64,000 nt of DNA, taken from NCBI GenBank assembly GCA_010093995.1, contig ML992504.1, positions 124,001-188,000 on the forward strand, written 5' to 3'. Positions 59,601-64,000 of the stretch are shown piece after piece. Every line of letters starts with the position of its first letter. The stretch's first letter is position 1. Both the position numbers and the translations under genes were made by a program. The notes under the pieces are model-generated. The model saw only the letters and a list, made by a program, of their open reading frames with translations, was not told the DNA's origin and searched no databases. Source of the DNA: Elsinoe ampelina. Taxonomy: Eukaryota.

Positions 59601-61391
59601 CCTTCGAGAACGGGGAAGAATCTTATATCAGCCTGTACGATGCCGCGTGGTCGTCCCGATGCGATAATTTCCAGCTGCTGGTTCTCATGCTCGTGATCAT
59701 TCTCCAGCTGTTCCAGCGCAAAAGTTGCTTGCCCAAGCTCTTTGTCCTTGCGGTAGTCGTTGAAGTCGAAGACCGAGATAGTCAAATTATCCTTGAGACT
59801 TGTGAGGATGACGTTGACGGTCTGATTCCAACGAGGATTGGCATTCTCATGCACGGTCTTTGTCTTGCCAAGGACATCCCGATTGTTGATGGATACCGTT
59901 GCGTATGGATCAGGGGTGCCAGAGAATTTGTCGGGATTCTTGAGACCTTGAGCACCGTGGAAGGTGACTTGCAGCACGCCGATAGCTTGATCAACAGGAC
60001 TTCCAGCCAGCATCTTCGCGATCTCGATAGGGAAGACGTTCGGGTCATACATCATTGGCTCCAGGTTTGCGTGGATCATGTCCATGATGAAGGTCTCTAG
60101 ACCGGGAATGAAATTGATGTCGAAGCCAAAGGTGTCACCTCCGAGGGGCTTGCAGACATAGTCGATCGTAGGCCTTCCGAGGAAACAGATCTCCACCTTT
60201 TCTATATGTGGGAAAGGTATCTGCAGCTTCATCTTGACACGCATGAGACCGGAAAAGGCCATATCCTCAACAATGACATCGAGACCCTTGCTGATCATGG
60301 CTTTGCCGACGCGGACCTCGAGTACGACTTTTGGGTTGACCTTGTTTTTGATCTGACGGGCCGTGAGATCCTGGACGTCGTTGGGCGTGAAGCTGAACTT
60401 CCAATCCATGAGCACAATGTCGTCTTCTGCCTTGGGGTATGTCTTCACGTGCTCGAGCCTCGGTGGTTTCGTGCCCAGAGTGAAAAACTTCATGCGCATG
60501 CTGTCTAGGAAAGCAGGAGTCGAGGTCGAGAGAACCTGGTCGACGGAATTGACAATGGTCGCGCAGAGCACGGGTGCATATATGGGCCAGAACTTTGCCA
60601 TGAAGCTGTTCATCCATTCCAGAGACTCGTGGTCAGTCTCCAATTTCTGCTTGGCGAGCTGACGCACAATGTCGTCGCGAAAGTTCCTGCGTACTCTTCG
60701 GATGGAGGTGCGGTAGTATGTGCCGCAAACGACCATGATCAAGATGATCGAAGCGAGCCCTCCACCTAAAATAGCCACGACCCACGAGGACAGACAGGCG
60801 AAGATGATTACGCCAGTGTTGTGATACCAGTCGCCGAAGAATTTCTCATCGAGCTTGGATTCCAGAAGCGTCTGGTGGTCAAGCAGCGTGCCTTCGTCCT
60901 CTTCTTTGTCGGCGGGATTGCCGAATCGAGGTGCCCATCCGACCTTGTTCCATTCTTCATCCTTTTCGATCTTTCCATTGGCGGTGGACTCTGTTGGCGA
61001 AGTTGGCGCAGCGAGGGCGCCGGCTTTGGACGGAGGAGGTAAATCGTAGCCGGCTGTTTGCCCATCGTCTTGGTCCGATGCCAAAGCAGCTACCTTGTGT
61101 TTGCGTATGTTCTGGAGCTCCGGCGGCACTCGCTGTGGAGGGAGCTATTAGCTGGCCGGAATGAATAGGCAGATTACGAGCGCGACTTACAGCCTTGGCT
61201 TGCTGGGCCTTTTCCTCTGCAGTAGCGTTCGGATCGAATTGAAAGGCGGAAGCGCCTGCAGCCTTTGCCTCGTCAAGTACCTTCTTCTCTGCAGCTTCTG
61301 CAGTCACGGACGAGTTTGGATCGCGCGAAGCCTCGAGGGCGCCTTGCTGCTTGAGCTCCGACGCGCGATCCCCGTGGACGCCCTCGAGCAT
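56635..61391 (-). CDS. Tricalbin / extended-synaptotagmin ER-PM tether (TM hairpin + SMP + multiple C2 domains)
   Basis: Introns 61190-61133, 58419-58371, 58229-58183 and 58036-57988; DWYHNTGVIIF membrane hairpin, ESLEWMNSFMAKFWPIY SMP domain, C2 motifs GTPDPY, GKSDPY and DRNGYSDPFC. Confidence 0.95.
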
Positions 61392-62690
61392 ACTGGCGGT
61401 GGCTACGCTGTACAACTTGAAAGATGTGAGAGGGAGAACGGGTGTCGAGGGAGCTTGAGGTGAACTTCGGAGCAAATGATCGGAGGGCGGGCGAGGGAGA
61501 CGTGGCAGGGCGGCTAAAGATCGAGCTCCAAAAGTGCCATGCAATGTGCAGCCGCTCGTGATTGAGGTGCGGGAGAGCTGAGGGCGTGATTGACAAGACC
61601 GACGGTGAGAGAGTGAAGTGAAAGACAATCAGTCAGCAGGAATTGGAAAAGAATTGGTATCGGATCACGCACGAGAAAGTTGGTGGATGGTCAAGAAGTG
61701 GGATTCGCGGTTGCATTATCCGGATCGAGAATTGACGTCGGCTGGAGCAAGCTCCCAAGGAGTCTGAACGCTCGGACCTCTGTGGGCATCTGGGCATCAC
61801 CACGAAGCCAACCTTTTAAATCGACAGCTGAGCCAAGCCCGCTCTAAAGGAACGGCCCGGGGGCCAATAAGGAACAGTGGAGCATTTGCATTGCTTTCTT
61901 ATAGAGAGGCACGTGGTCGAAACCACACCTGGTCGAAACTACAGACATTTCCACACTCTTGCTGTGTTCCAGTGCTCGACTTGTCGCCTGCCTCTATTTT
62001 CGGCCACAAGTAGAGTGCAGATTGGGAATGTTGGTGAATTGTTTGGTGTAGGCCTTGCATCTATCGTCGAATTTGGCATGAGGAGCTCCAGCACACTTGA
62101 ACATGGTCAGACACACTGATATAACACAAGACACGCTCGCTAGACTTACCACCACGAGGTCAGTTCGCCCGTTGATGATCGTGCCTTCAACATCGCTACA
62201 TGCTGCTTCAGTGGCAGAGACATCTATAGGCTTCTGAGGAGATCCGTCCTGACGGCAGCGGCAAGCCAAGGTGGTACTGTACGTCAGAGTCAGCTGGTCG
62301 CATCTTTTGGTTGAGGGAAGGGCGTAGCCTAGTGAGCCTGGCAGGCAACATGCTGGGCTATCAAAGCGCGAAGGAAACCCGAGGCGAAAGTTGAATCCTA
62401 GGCGGCATGATGACCACCTAGTCACGCTAGGAAAGTATCGTACCTTGCAAGAAGAAGCGTGATCAGGGCTGGAATCTGCATTGTGCTCGCGGTTGAAATT
62501 GTGATATTATGGTGGGTGGATGAACACAGAGTTGTCGAGTTGAGTGTTATTGACTAGGCTGGAGAGTCATGCCGTTGTTTAAATACCTGACAACGACGAC
62601 TGATCGTCTCACACGCCGACGCAGCAGAGGAGAACTCCTCCGTCATGGTTTTAATGCCCTATCTCCTCACCAAAGACAAGTGACATGATA

Positions 62691-62838
62691 ACGTTCACCA
62701 CGGGGAAACGAGGACCCCCCTAAAAACGAGCACCCTCGCCGAATGTAGGGCTATACCCTAGGATCTTCTCGATCTAATTGGACAAGTGCACAGGTATGCT
62801 CGTTTCTAGGGGGGTGCTCGTTTCCCGGTGGAGGACGT
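62691..62838. mobile_element. Non-autonomous MITE of the Tc1/mariner pogo/Fot1 group
   Basis: 42-bp terminal inverted repeats (62691-62732 and 62797-62838, 5 mismatches) beginning ACGT, flanked by TA on both sides (62689-62690, 62839-62840), each TIR holding two AAACGAG direct subrepeats. Confidence 0.85.
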
Positions 62839-64000
62839 TATCTAAGGATAGAGGTAAAGGGCTTAAAAGCTTCTCTAGTCTTAGAAGCCTAAGATAGGGA
62901 GTGATCTACTGTAGTACAGACCTTGTCCTCTAGCACGTATTACTATGTAGAATTCCTCTGTTATAGTTTTAATACCCCGTCTACTTATTAAAGGCAAGTA
63001 ACATAATATCTAAGGATATAGATATTTCTAGAAATCCTAGAAGCACTTAATACATAGAAGTAAAGGGCTTAAAAGCTTCCCTTACTACTTAATATCTAAG
63101 GATATAATATTCTCTATAGAGTTAATATTCTCTATAGGGAAGTAAGTACTCCTCTAGAAGTAAGTACCTCCTCTACTTACTATACCTAAAAGGGTTAATA
63201 GAACTAGCTAAGCTAATTAGAGGTACTAATTCTACCCTAATACTACTACTTAATTAAGTAATTAAAACTCCTATAAGCTCTCTCTCTTATAGCTAGAACT
63301 CTTTACCTATTATAAGTTACTTATCTATACTATTATAATATATAATTAAATATAAGCTTACTATAGCTATTTATAAGTATTAAGCCTCTAGAGGTATAAC
63401 TAGTCTTTCCTAGCTATAAAAGTACTTTTCTCTAGTTAGTTATAAGACTCTAAGTTATAGGCTTAAGAAAACTTAATTAGTATAGTAAGAAGTATACTAA
63501 ATTTAGTAGTGTCTTATACTAGGCTAAGAGACTACTCTTATAAAGCTACTTAACTATCTAGTAGCTAGAGGCTTTAATTTAAATAATTACTAGCTTACTA
63601 AATATATATACCTTCTACTATTAAGAACTCTATATAAGGACTAATATAGTAAGTATACTATACTAGCTTACCTTAGAGATACTATTCTCTATAGGAGAAT
63701 AAAACACTTCTTACCTATAGAATAGATAGAGTAGAGATTAGTCTATAATAATTAAGAGTATACTTATATAATATCTATTCTATACCTATATACTTATCTT
63801 TCTAGCTTTTATATTCTATCTCTATTATAATTCTAATCTCTCTTATATTCTATTAGATAGAGCTATATAGATAAGATAGTACTCTATACTTAGTACTAGT
63901 AGAATAACTAACTACTACTAGAGTAGTATAAGTATAGATAACTCTCTAATAGCTTAGCTATTAGTAAGATATTTACTAAATTAGCTATAACTCTAGAGAT
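62839..64000. repeat. RIP-degraded, AT-rich transposon relic (continues past the window end)
   Basis: Abrupt drop in GC, TpA saturation (TAG/CTA/TAA throughout), near absence of CpA/TpG, no ORFs in the track; internal repeat GTAAAGGGCTTAAAAGCTTC at 62854 and 63060. Confidence 0.9.

Overview
Eukaryotic DNA from a filamentous ascomycete (short ~46-65 nt GT-AG introns with CTRAC branch sites, Zn2Cys6 genes, a RIP-scarred repeat; Dothideomycete-like is my inference). About 25 protein-coding loci fall in five blocks. (1) 1-13.8 kb: an oxidative/plant-wall block with an MFS transporter, secreted GMC oxidoreductase, GH12, DyP peroxidase, and a secreted FAD oxidase flanked by two PTH11-like membrane proteins. 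(2) 15.6-41.4 kb: housekeeping genes (GT90, purine-cytosine permease, HMG-CoA reductase, Spa2, GIG1-like, kinesin-8, MDR oxidoreductase, MsrA, Zn2Cys6 TF, cNMP-binding F-box/LRR protein). (3) 42.3-48.9 kb: a lineage-specific-looking island with a probable TF pseudogene and orphan ORFs. (4) 50.8-55.4 kb: an AA9 LPMO + GH62 + GH10 xylan locus, followed by tricalbin. (5) 62.7-64 kb: a 148-bp pogo/Fot1-type MITE at the edge of an AT-rich RIP-degraded repeat. The most striking hidden signal is upstream of msrA: an in-frame CUG in good Kozak context that would add a signal-peptide-like extension (MKPLTLFLLALLTIITAPT) ahead of a mitochondrial-type presequence and a third Met, suggesting one intronless gene serving secretory, mitochondrial and cytosolic compartments. 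I found no tRNA, rRNA or snRNA by eye. All calls rest on motif recognition without database searches.
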